Shown in pieces: positions 19,184-28,138 of a DNA stretch of 64,000 bases. The position numbers were made by a program, and so were the translations under genes. The number at the start of each line of letters is the position of its first letter. Within the stretch, counting starts at the first letter, position 1. The DNA comes from Paracoccaceae bacterium (GTDB lineage Bacteria > Pseudomonadota > Alphaproteobacteria > Rhodobacterales > Rhodobacteraceae). Below the pieces are notes generated by a model that was not told the DNA's origin, made no database searches, and worked only from the letters and a program-made list of their open reading frames with translations. The stretch is taken from assembly GCA_020447005.1 (NCBI GenBank), contig JAGRDO010000060.1:3228-67227 (forward strand), written 5' to 3'.

Positions 19184-19774
19184 TCAGGCCTTGCGGCCCT
19201 TGATCGCAGCCCAGCCACCGGCGACGATAAGCGCCGCGATTACCGCCTTTACCGCATCGCCGATCAGGAACGGCGCCATGTAGTATTGCCAGATCATCGA
19301 GACATTATCCGCACCCCACTGGGCCGTATCGAGCCCCGCGCGTTCGGCAAGCGACATCGCCCAGACAACGCCGGGGACATAGATCGCGGCAGATGCCAGC
19401 AGGGCCACCGCAGCCGTTCCGACGAAGCCCTTGATACCGCGGTCGGCGGCATAGCCGGCGATCCAGGCCATCAAGACGAACCCGATCAGAAAACCGGCGG
19501 TCGGGCCGAAAAACGCCAACCCGTTGTGGAAGTTCGCGAAAACCGGCAATCCGGCCGCCCCTTCGGCGAGATAGGCCAAGAGGGTTGCAACCCCCATCCG
19601 CGCCCCGAAGGTAAATCCGACCAAAAGAATCGCCAGCGTTTGCAGTGTCATCGGAACGGGCAGCATCGGCACGGAAATCTGCGCGGCGATGGAAATGAAC
19701 AAGCTGCCGCCCAATACCATGAACAATCTGCTCGGCAGCGATTGCGACGGCATAAGGGCCTTGGAGAGCGTCAT
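19184..19774 (-). CDS. bioY: Biotin transporter BioY
   Basis: 196-aa protein with 5-6 TM segments. The start ...GGSLFISIAAQISVPMLPVPMTLQTLAILLVG is characteristic of BioY. Confidence 0.85.
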   Translation of the reverse strand: MTLSKALMPSQSLPSRLFMVLGGSLFISIAAQISVPMLPVPMTLQTLAILLVGFTFGARMGVATLLAYLAEGAAGLPVFANFHNGLAFFGPTAGFLIGFVLMAWIAGYAADRGIKGFVGTAAVALLASAAIYVPGVVWAMSLAERAGLDTAQWGADNVSMIWQYYMAPFLIGDAVKAVIAALIVAGGWAAIKGRKA

Positions 19775-19839
19775 CGGGGAATTCCTTCGTCCGGTTTGAT
19801 TTGATGCGCAATTTCGCGGCAGCGCGGCGACAAGTCAAT

Positions 19840-19855
19840 CAATTCTGTTGAATTG
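19840..19855. promoter_or_regulatory. Inverted repeat CAATTC-N4-GAATTG in the bioY/SDR divergent intergenic region
   Basis: Perfect 6-bp arms at 19840-19845 and 19850-19855. No known operator is assigned. Confidence 0.2.
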
Positions 19856-19882
19856 CCGTGCGACCAATGCGAAAGGAGCGCC

Positions 19883-20539
19883 ATGATCGACCCTTCCGAC
19901 AAAAAAATCGCCCTTGTCACCGGCGCCTCTCGCGGGCTTGGCTTTGCCTTCGCCTCGGCGCTTGGCCAAGAGGGCTGGCATGTTCTGGCCGTGGCGCGGA
20001 CGACGGGCGGGCTCGAAGAGCTGGACGACCAGGTACAGTCGGCCGGCGGGAGCACGACGCTCGCGCCGATGGACATCACCGACGACGCGGCGATGCTGCA
20101 TCTGGCAGGTTCGATCGGGCAACGCTGGGGCAAGCTCGACCTTTGGGTTCATGCGGCGATCCACGCGGCACCCCTCAGCCCGGCAGGGCACCTCGACCCC
20201 AAGGATTTCGACAAGTCGACCGCCTGCAACCTTCGCGCGACGGCCGCGCTGATCACCATGCTCGATCCGCTTTTGCGTGCGGGAAATGGAACGGCGCTGT
20301 TCCTTGACGACCCGCGAGGCGGCGAAAAGTTCTTTGGCGCTTACGGTGCGACCAAGGCCGGGCAGATTGCCTTGGCACGGTCATGGAAGTCTGAAAGCGA
20401 GAAAATCGGGCCAAGGGTCTTGATCGAAACACCGAGGCCGATGGCCACCGCCACCCGCGCGCGCTTCTTTCCAGGGGAAGACCGCGCATCGCTTGCCGAT
20501 ATTCATGACGAAGCCCGGCGCATTCTCGCGGCTCTCTGA
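19883..20539 (+). CDS. SDR-family oxidoreductase
   Basis: Cofactor motif ALVTGASRGLG and active-site-region YGATKAG. AAAGGAG lies upstream of the ATG at 19883. Confidence 0.8.
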   Translation: MIDPSDKKIALVTGASRGLGFAFASALGQEGWHVLAVARTTGGLEELDDQVQSAGGSTTLAPMDITDDAAMLHLAGSIGQRWGKLDLWVHAAIHAAPLSPAGHLDPKDFDKSTACNLRATAALITMLDPLLRAGNGTALFLDDPRGGEKFFGAYGATKAGQIALARSWKSESEKIGPRVLIETPRPMATATRARFFPGEDRASLADIHDEARRILAAL

Positions 20540-20717
20540 GCGTCCTTTTGGCACGAATTCGCACGTTCTTCATCACGGGGCTGAGAAGGCTTGTCGCGGC
20601 CTGCCGCGGGGGGGCCGCCGAGGGATGCGGTCAAACCCGGTTTGAAGGTGCCTCCATCGCTGCTTTACCCGCACCGTCCGCTCGTCTAAGCAGAGAGAAA
20701 GCACCAAGAGGCCGGGC

Positions 20718-21503
20718 ATGCGCATCCTGATTACCAATGACGACGGGATCAATGCACCGGGGCTTGAGGTCCTTGGTGCCATCGCCGCCGAGATCGCGGG
20801 CCCCAAGGGCGAGGTCTGGACCGTCGCACCCGCGTTTGAACAATCCGGCGTCGGGCATTGCATATCCTACACGCATCCGATGATGATCGCCAAACTCGGC
20901 CCGCGCCGTTACGCGGCGGAAGGCAGCCCGGCCGATTGCGTCCTGGCGGGCATCTACGATGTTTTGGAGGGCGGGCGCCCCGATCTGGTGCTGTCGGGCG
21001 TGAACCGGGGCAACAATGCCGGAGAGAACGTCCTTTATTCCGGAACGGTCGGCGGGGCGATGGAGGCCGCGCTGCAAGGCGTCCCGGCAATCGCACTTTC
21101 GCAATTCATGGGTCCGGGCACTCAGGATCTTTCCACCCCTTTCGAGGCCGCCCGAGACCACGGCACCGCGATCGTGCGGATGCTGATCGACAAGGCGATC
21201 TGGGACGGGAATGACTACCGTCTGTTTTACAACGTCAATTTTCCACCCGTCGCGGGCAAGGACGTGAAAGGCATGAAGGTCGCGGCCCAGGGCTATCGGA
21301 CGGATACTTTCTTTGGTGTGGAACCGCATGTTTCGCCGTCGGGGCGGAAATTCCTGTGGATCACGGGCGGGCCGCAACATCACCCGACGTCACCGGGCAC
21401 GGATGTCGCGGTCAACCTCGATGGCTGGATATCGGTTACCCCGATGCGCGCCGATCTGACGGCGCATGACGCCATAGATGCGCTGAAGGCGCGGCTCGAA
21501 TGA
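20718..21503 (+). CDS. surE: 5'/3'-nucleotidase SurE
   Basis: Motifs [39 protein letters not shown]. Confidence 0.9.
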   Translation: MRILITNDDGINAPGLEVLGAIAAEIAGPKGEVWTVAPAFEQSGVGHCISYTHPMMIAKLGPRRYAAEGSPADCVLAGIYDVLEGGRPDLVLSGVNRGNNAGENVLYSGTVGGAMEAALQGVPAIALSQFMGPGTQDLSTPFEAARDHGTAIVRMLIDKAIWDGNDYRLFYNVNFPPVAGKDVKGMKVAAQGYRTDTFFGVEPHVSPSGRKFLWITGGPQHHPTSPGTDVAVNLDGWISVTPMRADLTAHDAIDALKARLE

Positions 21504-22141
21504 CCGACCCGGCGGAACTCAAGATGCGGTTTCTTTTTGCCCTGCGCTCCAAGGGCGTCACCGACGGTCGGGTACTTGGGGTGATGGAGCGGATCGACAG
21601 GGGGGACTTTGTTCGGGGTCTTTTCGCCGAACGCGCATATGATGACATGCCGCTGCCGATCGGATGCGGCCAGACCATCAGCCAGCCCTCCGTGGTCGCC
21701 CTGATGACCCAGGCCCTGGAAGTGTCGCCGCGCGACAAGGTGCTCGAGGTCGGGACCGGTTCCGGCTATCAGGCCGCAATTCTCAGCCATCTTGCCCGCC
21801 GCGTCTATACGGTAGACCGCCACCGCCGCCTGATCCGCGAGGCAGAGGCGATTTTCAGAAAGCTCGATCTGACAAATATCACCGCCGTCACCGCCGATGG
21901 CAGCTTCGGCCTGCCCGAACAGGCCCCGTTCGACCGCATTATCGTGACGGCGGCGGCCGAAGACCCGCCGGGGCCCCTATTGGCTCAGCTTCGGATCGGC
22001 GGTATCATGGTTTTGCCAGTCGGGCAGTCGGACACGGTGCAAAGTTTGATCAAGGTGGTCCGGACGCCCGAAGGTTACGAGTACGAGGAGTTGCGACCGG
22101 TTCGGTTCGTGCCTCTGGTCGAAGGGCTGGGGCAAGACTGA
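21500..22141 (+). CDS. pcm: Protein-L-isoaspartate O-methyltransferase
   Basis: Motifs [28 protein letters not shown]. The ATGA overlaps the surE stop. Confidence 0.9.
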   Translation: MTDPAELKMRFLFALRSKGVTDGRVLGVMERIDRGDFVRGLFAERAYDDMPLPIGCGQTISQPSVVALMTQALEVSPRDKVLEVGTGSGYQAAILSHLARRVYTVDRHRRLIREAEAIFRKLDLTNITAVTADGSFGLPEQAPFDRIIVTAAAEDPPGPLLAQLRIGGIMVLPVGQSDTVQSLIKVVRTPEGYEYEELRPVRFVPLVEGLGQD

Positions 22142-22204
22142 GACAGTCTGAAAATGGTTATTAATGGCCCGACCAACAGGGCCAGCGAGATGAGGAATTG
22201 AGCA

Positions 22205-23377
22205 ATGGTTCTCAGGACAACCCATGCCAGAAACGCGGTGTTGGCCGGATTTGGGCTTGCCGTTCTGGCGGCCTGCGACGGCAATGGCAATTTCGACCCC
22301 GATATCAGGCGCTTTGGCGGCACCAACCTCGACACTTCGGCCGCGGCGGCCCAGATCGGGCAAGGCCGGCCGGCCGCCGATGCCCGTGGTATCATCGCCT
22401 ATCCGGGCTATCAGATCGCGGTAGCGAGGCGTGGCGACACGGTCAGCAGTGTCGCCGCAAGGATTGGCATGTCGCCCGAGGAGCTTGGCGGTTACAACGC
22501 CATCGCGCCGAACGCGCCCTTGCGCGAGGGTGAGGTGCTGGCACTCCCGCGACGCGTGGCCGAACCTTCGCCGTCGACCGGCGGCTCCGCCGGCGCGATA
22601 GATGTCACGGCAATCGCATCGGGCGCGATCGATCGGGCGGGTGCAACCCAGCCATCGACGGCGGCGACGGGCGGCGGCATTGGCCCGACCGAGCCGATCC
22701 GCCACCGTGTTTCGCGCGGTGAAACCGCCTATACGGTTGCCCGGCTTTATGGTGTCGATGTCAAGGCGCTGGCGGACTGGAACGGGCTTGGGCCCGACCT
22801 TGAGGTGCGCGAGGGGCAGACGCTTCTGATCCCGATCGCGGCCCTTCCCGCGGCGGCCTCAGCCGTCACGGCCCCGGGTGCCGGATCTCCGACACCGGTT
22901 CCGCCATCCGCGGCCAAACCGCTGCCCGACGAAAAGACAGCACCCGTCGCCGAAGCGGCGCCCCTGCCGGCAGCCCCCGACATGGGTGCGGACCGAACCA
23001 CCGCCTCGGGCGCGTCCCAGCTTGCCATGCCGGTTTCGGGCAAGATCGTGCGCGGCTACAAGAAGGGCAAGAACGAGGGGATCGACATAGCCGCCGCTGC
23101 CGGCACCGCCGTTTCGGCCGCCGGCGACGGTATCGTGGCCGCGATCACAAAGGACACCAATCAGGTGCCGATCCTTGTGATCCGGCATGGTGACCCCAGC
23201 GACAAGAACGCGCTCTTGACCGTTTACGCGCGCATCAGCGGTGTGTCGGTAGCCAAGGGCGACCGCGTCAAGCGTGGCCAGAAGATCGCCACCGTCGCCG
23301 CGGGCGATCCGGCCGTACTGCATTTCGAAGTTCGCAAGGGGTTTGACAGCGTCGACCCGCTGCCCTTCCTGCAATGA
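22205..23377 (+). CDS. nlpD: LysM-domain M23 peptidase (NlpD-like)
   Basis: Two LysM-like repeats (ARRGDTVSSVAARIGMSPEELGGYN and VSRGETAYTVARLYGVDVKALADWNG), a Pro/Ala linker, and a C-terminal M23 region (GIDIAA..GT.V.AAGDG, HFEVRKG). It sits in the classical surE-pcm-nlpD context. Confidence 0.8.
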   Translation: MVLRTTHARNAVLAGFGLAVLAACDGNGNFDPDIRRFGGTNLDTSAAAAQIGQGRPAADARGIIAYPGYQIAVARRGDTVSSVAARIGMSPEELGGYNAIAPNAPLREGEVLALPRRVAEPSPSTGGSAGAIDVTAIASGAIDRAGATQPSTAATGGGIGPTEPIRHRVSRGETAYTVARLYGVDVKALADWNGLGPDLEVREGQTLLIPIAALPAAASAVTAPGAGSPTPVPPSAAKPLPDEKTAPVAEAAPLPAAPDMGADRTTASGASQLAMPVSGKIVRGYKKGKNEGIDIAAAAGTAVSAAGDGIVAAITKDTNQVPILVIRHGDPSDKNALLTVYARISGVSVAKGDRVKRGQKIATVAAGDPAVLHFEVRKGFDSVDPLPFLQ

Positions 23378-23382
23378 CGGAT

Positions 23383-23401
23383 GAGGGGGCCTTGCCCCCT
23401 C
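23383..23401. terminator. Hairpin between convergent nlpD and the DUF815 gene
   Basis: GAGGGGGC-CTT-GCCCCCTC. There is no clear T-tract. Confidence 0.35.
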
Positions 23402-23462
23402 GCCCCCAGGGTATTTGTGCAATGAAGAAGGCAGTTGCGGCCTTTCCGGCCCTGACATGCTT

Positions 23463-24305
23463 TCAGATGGCAATGCCGCGGCGGCCGGCAAGGTCGGTTA
23501 CGAATTGCCACGCCACCCGGCCGGAACGCGCGCCGCGCGTGGCCTGCCATTCGATCGCCTCAGCGCGCAATTCGGCATCGTCGATCTTGATTTCGAGCGC
23601 ATCGCAATAGCCCCTGATCATCGCGAGATAATCCTCTTGCGAGCAAGGGTGAAAGCCGAGCCAGAGCCCGAACCGGTCGGAGAGCGACACCTTTTCTTCG
23701 ACCGCCTCGGACGGGTTGATCGCGGTTGAACGTTCGTTCTCGATCATGTCACGGGGCATCAGGTGACGGCGGTTCGACGTTGCATAGAAAAGCACATTGG
23801 CGGGCCGTCCCTCGATCCCTCCGTCGAGGACAGCCTTGAGGGATTTGTAGTGCTGATCGTCATGCGAGAAGGAAAGGTCGTCGCAGTAAAGCAGAAAGCG
23901 ATGCGGCGCGGCCGCACGCAGAAGCGTCAGAAGCCGGGGAATGGATGGCAGGTCTTCGCGGCTGAGCTCCACGATTTTCAAAGGCAGACCCTGGCGAACC
24001 ACCTCGGCATGGACGGATTTGACCAGCGAGGATTTGCCCATCCCCCGCGCGCCCCAGAGAAGCGCATTGTTCGCCGGCAAGCCGCGGGCGAATTGAGATG
24101 TGTTGGCCAAAAGCGTATCGCGCGCCCTGTCGATGCCGACAAGCAGGGAAAGATCGACCCGGGCGACGGTCTCTACCCGTTCAAGCCGGTCGGGTCCGGT
24201 GTGCCAGACAAAAGCCGTGCCATTTGAAAAATCCGGTTCTTCAAGCGGCGCCGGTGACATGCGTTCCAGCGCCTCGGCAATCCTCTGGAGCATCGTTTCC
24301 GTCAT
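23463..24305 (-). CDS. DUF815-family AAA-type ATPase
   Basis: P-loop LLWGARGMGKSSLVKS and FLLYCDDLSF, typical of DUF815. Its start overlaps the tatC stop (ATGA). Confidence 0.8.
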   Translation of the reverse strand: MTETMLQRIAEALERMSPAPLEEPDFSNGTAFVWHTGPDRLERVETVARVDLSLLVGIDRARDTLLANTSQFARGLPANNALLWGARGMGKSSLVKSVHAEVVRQGLPLKIVELSREDLPSIPRLLTLLRAAAPHRFLLYCDDLSFSHDDQHYKSLKAVLDGGIEGRPANVLFYATSNRRHLMPRDMIENERSTAINPSEAVEEKVSLSDRFGLWLGFHPCSQEDYLAMIRGYCDALEIKIDDAELRAEAIEWQATRGARSGRVAWQFVTDLAGRRGIAI

Positions 24306-25192
24306 GCCTTGGCGTCTTCTTCCACGTCGTCTTCAGGTTCGTCAAACAGGCTTTCGCCCTCGCCGATCAGCCCTTCGGCCCGCGCGTCTTCATCTTTCTT
24401 TTTCTCGACCCAGGCCACAAGGAAGATCGATATCTCATACAACCCGTAGATCACGAAAAAGAGGATCAGCTGCGTCGTGACATCCGGCGGCGTGACAATG
24501 GCGGCCACGGTCAGAATGCCTACGATGGCATATTTGCGAACGTTTCGCAGGCCGCGCGAACTGGCCAGCCCGGCCTTGCCCATCAAGGTCAGCAGGACCG
24601 GAAGCTGAAAGCAGAGGCCGAAGGCCACAATCATTTTCAGCGTGATGTCGAGGGTTTCGTTCACCTTGCCGTTGAAGACGATGTGGATATGGTCCCCGGC
24701 GCTGGCATCGCTGCCCGAAACATAGGCTGCAACCATTGACGGGAGATCCGCGAACCCAAGGAAAAACGCCATTGCCAGCGGCACGACGACGAAATGCGCG
24801 AAAGAGGCCCCGAGAAGGAAGAGCACCGGCGACGCGATGATGAACGGAAGGAACGCAGCCTTTTCGTTGCGGTAAAGGCCGGGCGCCACGAAGCGCCACA
24901 TCTGATAGGCAATGACCGGGAATGACAGTGCCAGCCCGCCAACCATCGATATCCGGATCAAGGTGAAGAAATATTCCTGCGGCGCGGTGTATTGCATCAC
25001 CGGATTGTCATTGCCGAGTTGGCGCATGGTTCTTTCGATCGGCCCGAGCAGGAAATCGAGAAGGTAGGAGCCGAAGGAAAAGCAGACCACCATGGCAATG
25101 ACAAAGGCCAGAACCGACCAGATCAGGCGGTTGCGAAGCTCGGCCAGGTGCTCGACCAGCGGTGCCGCGGAATCATCCAGATCGTCAGCCAT
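24302..25192 (-). CDS. tatC: Twin-arginine translocase subunit TatC
   Basis: PLVEHLAELRNRLI, six TM segments, and FQLPV... motifs. The ATG at 25192 overlaps the tatB stop (TGATG). Confidence 0.9.
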   Translation of the reverse strand: MADDLDDSAAPLVEHLAELRNRLIWSVLAFVIAMVVCFSFGSYLLDFLLGPIERTMRQLGNDNPVMQYTAPQEYFFTLIRISMVGGLALSFPVIAYQMWRFVAPGLYRNEKAAFLPFIIASPVLFLLGASFAHFVVVPLAMAFFLGFADLPSMVAAYVSGSDASAGDHIHIVFNGKVNETLDITLKMIVAFGLCFQLPVLLTLMGKAGLASSRGLRNVRKYAIVGILTVAAIVTPPDVTTQLILFFVIYGLYEISIFLVAWVEKKKDEDARAEGLIGEGESLFDEPEDDVEEDAKA

Positions 25193-25797
25193 CAACCCGT
25201 ACTCGTCTTTCCGCGCGGCTTGGCCGCCGCCTTGGCCTTTGGTGCCGAAGGCGCGCCCGCCTTCGTGCCTTTGCCCATCGCACCGGACTTTGCCGGTGCC
25301 TTGGCAGTTTGTTGTTTTGCGGCCGTGGCAGTCTTTGCCGGGGCTGATTTTGGGGTCGCGGCTGTCCGCGCCCCCGCTTTCGCCGCGGCCTTTGCTGCCG
25401 GCTTGGCGGGCGCGGCAGGCTTCTCCGCGTCAGCGGCCGCGAGCGCGCGTTCGGCCCGCTCGGCCGACTGCTTGTCGGCCAGCGCCTGCGTCGCCGGGCC
25501 CTTCGGCTTGGTTGACTTGGTGGGATCCCATTTCTCGAAGCTCGTGGCCGCGCGGTCAAGCGCGTCAAGCCCGAGGTTCTTTTTCGAGGTCAGCGCCTTC
25601 AGGTCCTTGGCCGTTTCGTTGACGCCGGTCTCTTTCGCCGCCTCGTCCATGGCACGCTGGAATTCACGCCCCATCGCACGGGCTTTTGCGGTAAAGCGCC
25701 CCAAGGTGCGGAACATGACGGGCAAATCCTTGGGGCCGACGACAATCAGCGCCACGATCCCGATGAGCAGAAGCTCACTCCATCCGATATCCATCAT
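25192..25797 (-). CDS. tatB: Twin-arginine translocase subunit TatB with a long Ala/Lys/Pro-rich tail
   Basis: The N-terminus MDIGWSELLLIGIVALIVVGPKDLP is followed by an amphipathic helix. About 100 aa of the C-terminal half is AKP-rich low complexity. Confidence 0.85.
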   Translation of the reverse strand: MMDIGWSELLLIGIVALIVVGPKDLPVMFRTLGRFTAKARAMGREFQRAMDEAAKETGVNETAKDLKALTSKKNLGLDALDRAATSFEKWDPTKSTKPKGPATQALADKQSAERAERALAAADAEKPAAPAKPAAKAAAKAGARTAATPKSAPAKTATAAKQQTAKAPAKSGAMGKGTKAGAPSAPKAKAAAKPRGKTSTG

Positions 25798-25830
25798 GTT
25801 GTCCGCCCGAACCTATTCAAGCCGCAGGGA

Positions 25831-26046
25831 TCAGGCCTTGTCCTTGCCATTGTCGGGCGTGACGTCGCGCGCGGCTTCGGCGGAAGCCTGTTCGATTTCC
25901 TCGGTCCCGTCTTTCACGCCTTTCTTGAAGGCGGTGATGCCTTTGCCGACTTCACCCATCAGTGACGAAACCTTGCCGCGGCCGAACAGAACGAGCACGA
26001 CAACCGCGATAAGAAGAAAGCCCACGGGGCCGATATTATTGAGCAT
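25831..26046 (-). CDS. tatA: Twin-arginine translocase subunit TatA
   Basis: [26 protein letters not shown]... is the TatA/E signature. GGAGGA lies 7 nt before the ATG at 26046; the longer track ORF start is unlikely. Confidence 0.85.
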   Translation of the reverse strand: MLNNIGPVGFLLIAVVVLVLFGRGKVSSLMGEVGKGITAFKKGVKDGTEEIEQASAEAARDVTPDNGKDKA

Positions 26047-26213
26047 GTCCATTCCTCCCTCGGGCGCAAGAACGGCGCCCTTGAACCACGGGACAGATTT
26101 AGTCACTCCACCGGTGAAGGCAAAGCGGCAAATCCCCGGTTCGGTGGCGTCGAGGCTTGCCGCAGGGGGCTAACTGACAGTATTTTGTCAGTTGCACCAC
26201 GGAATTTGAACGC

Positions 26214-26876
26214 ATGCGCCGCAACGACCGTCTTTTCGAGCTTCTCCGCCTGCTTCAGGACGGGCGGTTGCATCGTGGAACCGATCTTGCGCGAAGCCTT
26301 GGCGTCTCAACCCGGACGATCTGGCGCGACATGGCCACCCTTGCGGATCGGGGCCTGCCAATCACCGGCGAACGCGGGATTGGCTATGTCTTGCGCGATC
26401 CCGTCACCCTGCCCCCCGTCGCGCTGACCAAGGATGAGTTCGAGGTCCTGCGCCTGGGAATCAGTCTGGTCGGCGGCGCGGCCGATCCGGTGCTGGCGCG
26501 CGCGTCGGAAAGTTTGCGGGCAAAGATTGCTGCGGTGTCCCCGGCCGATGTCAGCGATACCGGAGCGGATACATTTGTGTTCTCAAGCGCGGAAGCCGCC
26601 GTGGCGGCACCGCTTCTTGGCCTTTTGCGCCGCGCCGCTCGTGAACATCTGACACTGGCGCTAAGCTATCGCGACCGGCCGCCCGCACGGATCAGGCCCT
26701 TGCACCTCGATTATTGGGGTAAGGTGTGGACCCTTACATGCTGGAACGAATCCATAAATGATTTCAGTGTATTCAGGGTTGACCTTATCAAATCCCTTGA
26801 ACTGGATGGTGGTGCGTTCATGCCCGAGGCCGGAAAGACCGTCGATGACTATCTAAACCGGATTACGCGGACCTAG
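26214..26876 (+). CDS. YafY-type HTH/WYL-domain transcriptional regulator
   Basis: N-terminal HTH RLFELLRLLQDGRLHRGTDLARSLGVSTRTIWRDMATL. The C-terminal WYL-like block is YRDR...RIRPLHLDYWGKVWTLTCW...FRVDLI. Confidence 0.75.
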   Translation: MRRNDRLFELLRLLQDGRLHRGTDLARSLGVSTRTIWRDMATLADRGLPITGERGIGYVLRDPVTLPPVALTKDEFEVLRLGISLVGGAADPVLARASESLRAKIAAVSPADVSDTGADTFVFSSAEAAVAAPLLGLLRRAAREHLTLALSYRDRPPARIRPLHLDYWGKVWTLTCWNESINDFSVFRVDLIKSLELDGGAFMPEAGKTVDDYLNRITRT

Positions 26877-26879
26877 GGT

Positions 26880-27968
26880 TCACACTTTCCGACCGAAGAC
26901 AAAGCAGCGGTCGCGCCGGACCATCAGCCACATCGCAGTACCGGGTTTTGGAAGAAATACCGCCGGGACCGTCGCCTTGAGGATATCGCCGCCGAAATCG
27001 AGCTTGAATTCCACAAGGCTTTCGCGGCCGAGAAAGCGGGATCGAACAACGGTGGCACGGGCGGCGGTGCCATCGGCTGGCGTCGGATTTGGCCCCTTGC
27101 CGCCCCGGTCAAAGTCGATTTTCAGGTGCTGCGGACGGATGACAATCTCGACCTCGGAACCATCGGGGTGCCCGGGCGCCAGAAATTCACCGAAGGCGGT
27201 TTTCACCAATGCCCCTTGAACGGATCCGCGCAAAATATTGATATCAGAGAAAAACGCCGCCGCTTCACGATCAACCGGCGCGTTGTAGATATTGTAGGGG
27301 GCGCCTTGCTGGACAATACGCCCCCCGCGCATCAGGGCGATTTCATCGGCCATCCTCATGGCCTCATGCGGTTCATGCGTGACCAGAAGAACGGCCGCAC
27401 GCTCTTCTTTCAAGAGCGCAAGCGTATCGTCGCGAATGCCGTCGCGAAGCCTTTCGTCAAGGCCCGAGAACGGCTCGTCCATCAAAAGGATGCGCGGTTT
27501 CGGCGCGAGCGCCCGCGCCAGCGCCACGCGCTGTTGCTCGCCCCCTGACAGTTCATGCGGGTATTTCGGCCCAAAGCCGCTGAGCGATACGCGCTCGAGA
27601 AGCGCGTCGACACGTGCCTGCCGCCCGGCCTGACCGCGTGGCAAGCCGAAGGCCACATTCTCGCTTACGCTGAGATGGGGGAAAAGCGCGAAATCCTGAA
27701 ATATCAGGCCAATTTCCCTGCGTTCGGGGGGAACGCGAAACACCGTGTCGCAAATCAGATTGCCATCGACGAGAATTCGCCCGCTGTCCTGCATGTCGAC
27801 ACCGGCAATCATTCGCAGCGTCGTGGACTTGCCGCACCCCGAAGGCCCGAGCAGACAGGTCACCTGCCCGGCGGCAATCGTCAGCGACACACCATCGACG
27901 ACCGTATTCTGGCCGAATCGGCGCGTGATGTTTTCCACCTGAAGCCGTGGGGGGGATTGGATATTCAC
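26880..27968 (-). CDS. ABC importer ATP-binding protein (PotA/FbpC/MalK type, with a TOBE-like C-terminus)
   Basis: Walker A GPSGCGKST, signature LSGGEQQRVALARAL, Walker B ILLMDEPFSGLD, and about 120 aa of C-terminal OB-like extension. GTG start. There is no permease or binding-protein gene adjacent. Confidence 0.85.
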   Translation of the reverse strand: MNIQSPPRLQVENITRRFGQNTVVDGVSLTIAAGQVTCLLGPSGCGKSTTLRMIAGVDMQDSGRILVDGNLICDTVFRVPPERREIGLIFQDFALFPHLSVSENVAFGLPRGQAGRQARVDALLERVSLSGFGPKYPHELSGGEQQRVALARALAPKPRILLMDEPFSGLDERLRDGIRDDTLALLKEERAAVLLVTHEPHEAMRMADEIALMRGGRIVQQGAPYNIYNAPVDREAAAFFSDINILRGSVQGALVKTAFGEFLAPGHPDGSEVEIVIRPQHLKIDFDRGGKGPNPTPADGTAARATVVRSRFLGRESLVEFKLDFGGDILKATVPAVFLPKPGTAMWLMVRRDRCFVFGRKV

Positions 27969-28138
27969 AGTACCTACCTTGCCCGACCGAATTGGTCGGA
28001 TTTCCTACCCGATAGCAGCACCTCGCACGGCTCGCAAGCGATGCTCCGCCAACCCATGTTTCATTGCCATTGCGTCGCAATAACCCAGTTGCAATACTTT
28101 GCGGGGGATATTCGGGTAAAGTTCAGTAGGTTCGATCG

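Noticed and set aside
24992-26173. A 393-aa plus-strand ORF rich in Ala/Ser/Pro.
   Set aside because: It is antisense to tatC, tatB and tatA. It is kept open by the AKP-rich TatB tail (GCN/AAG/CCN codons read backwards).
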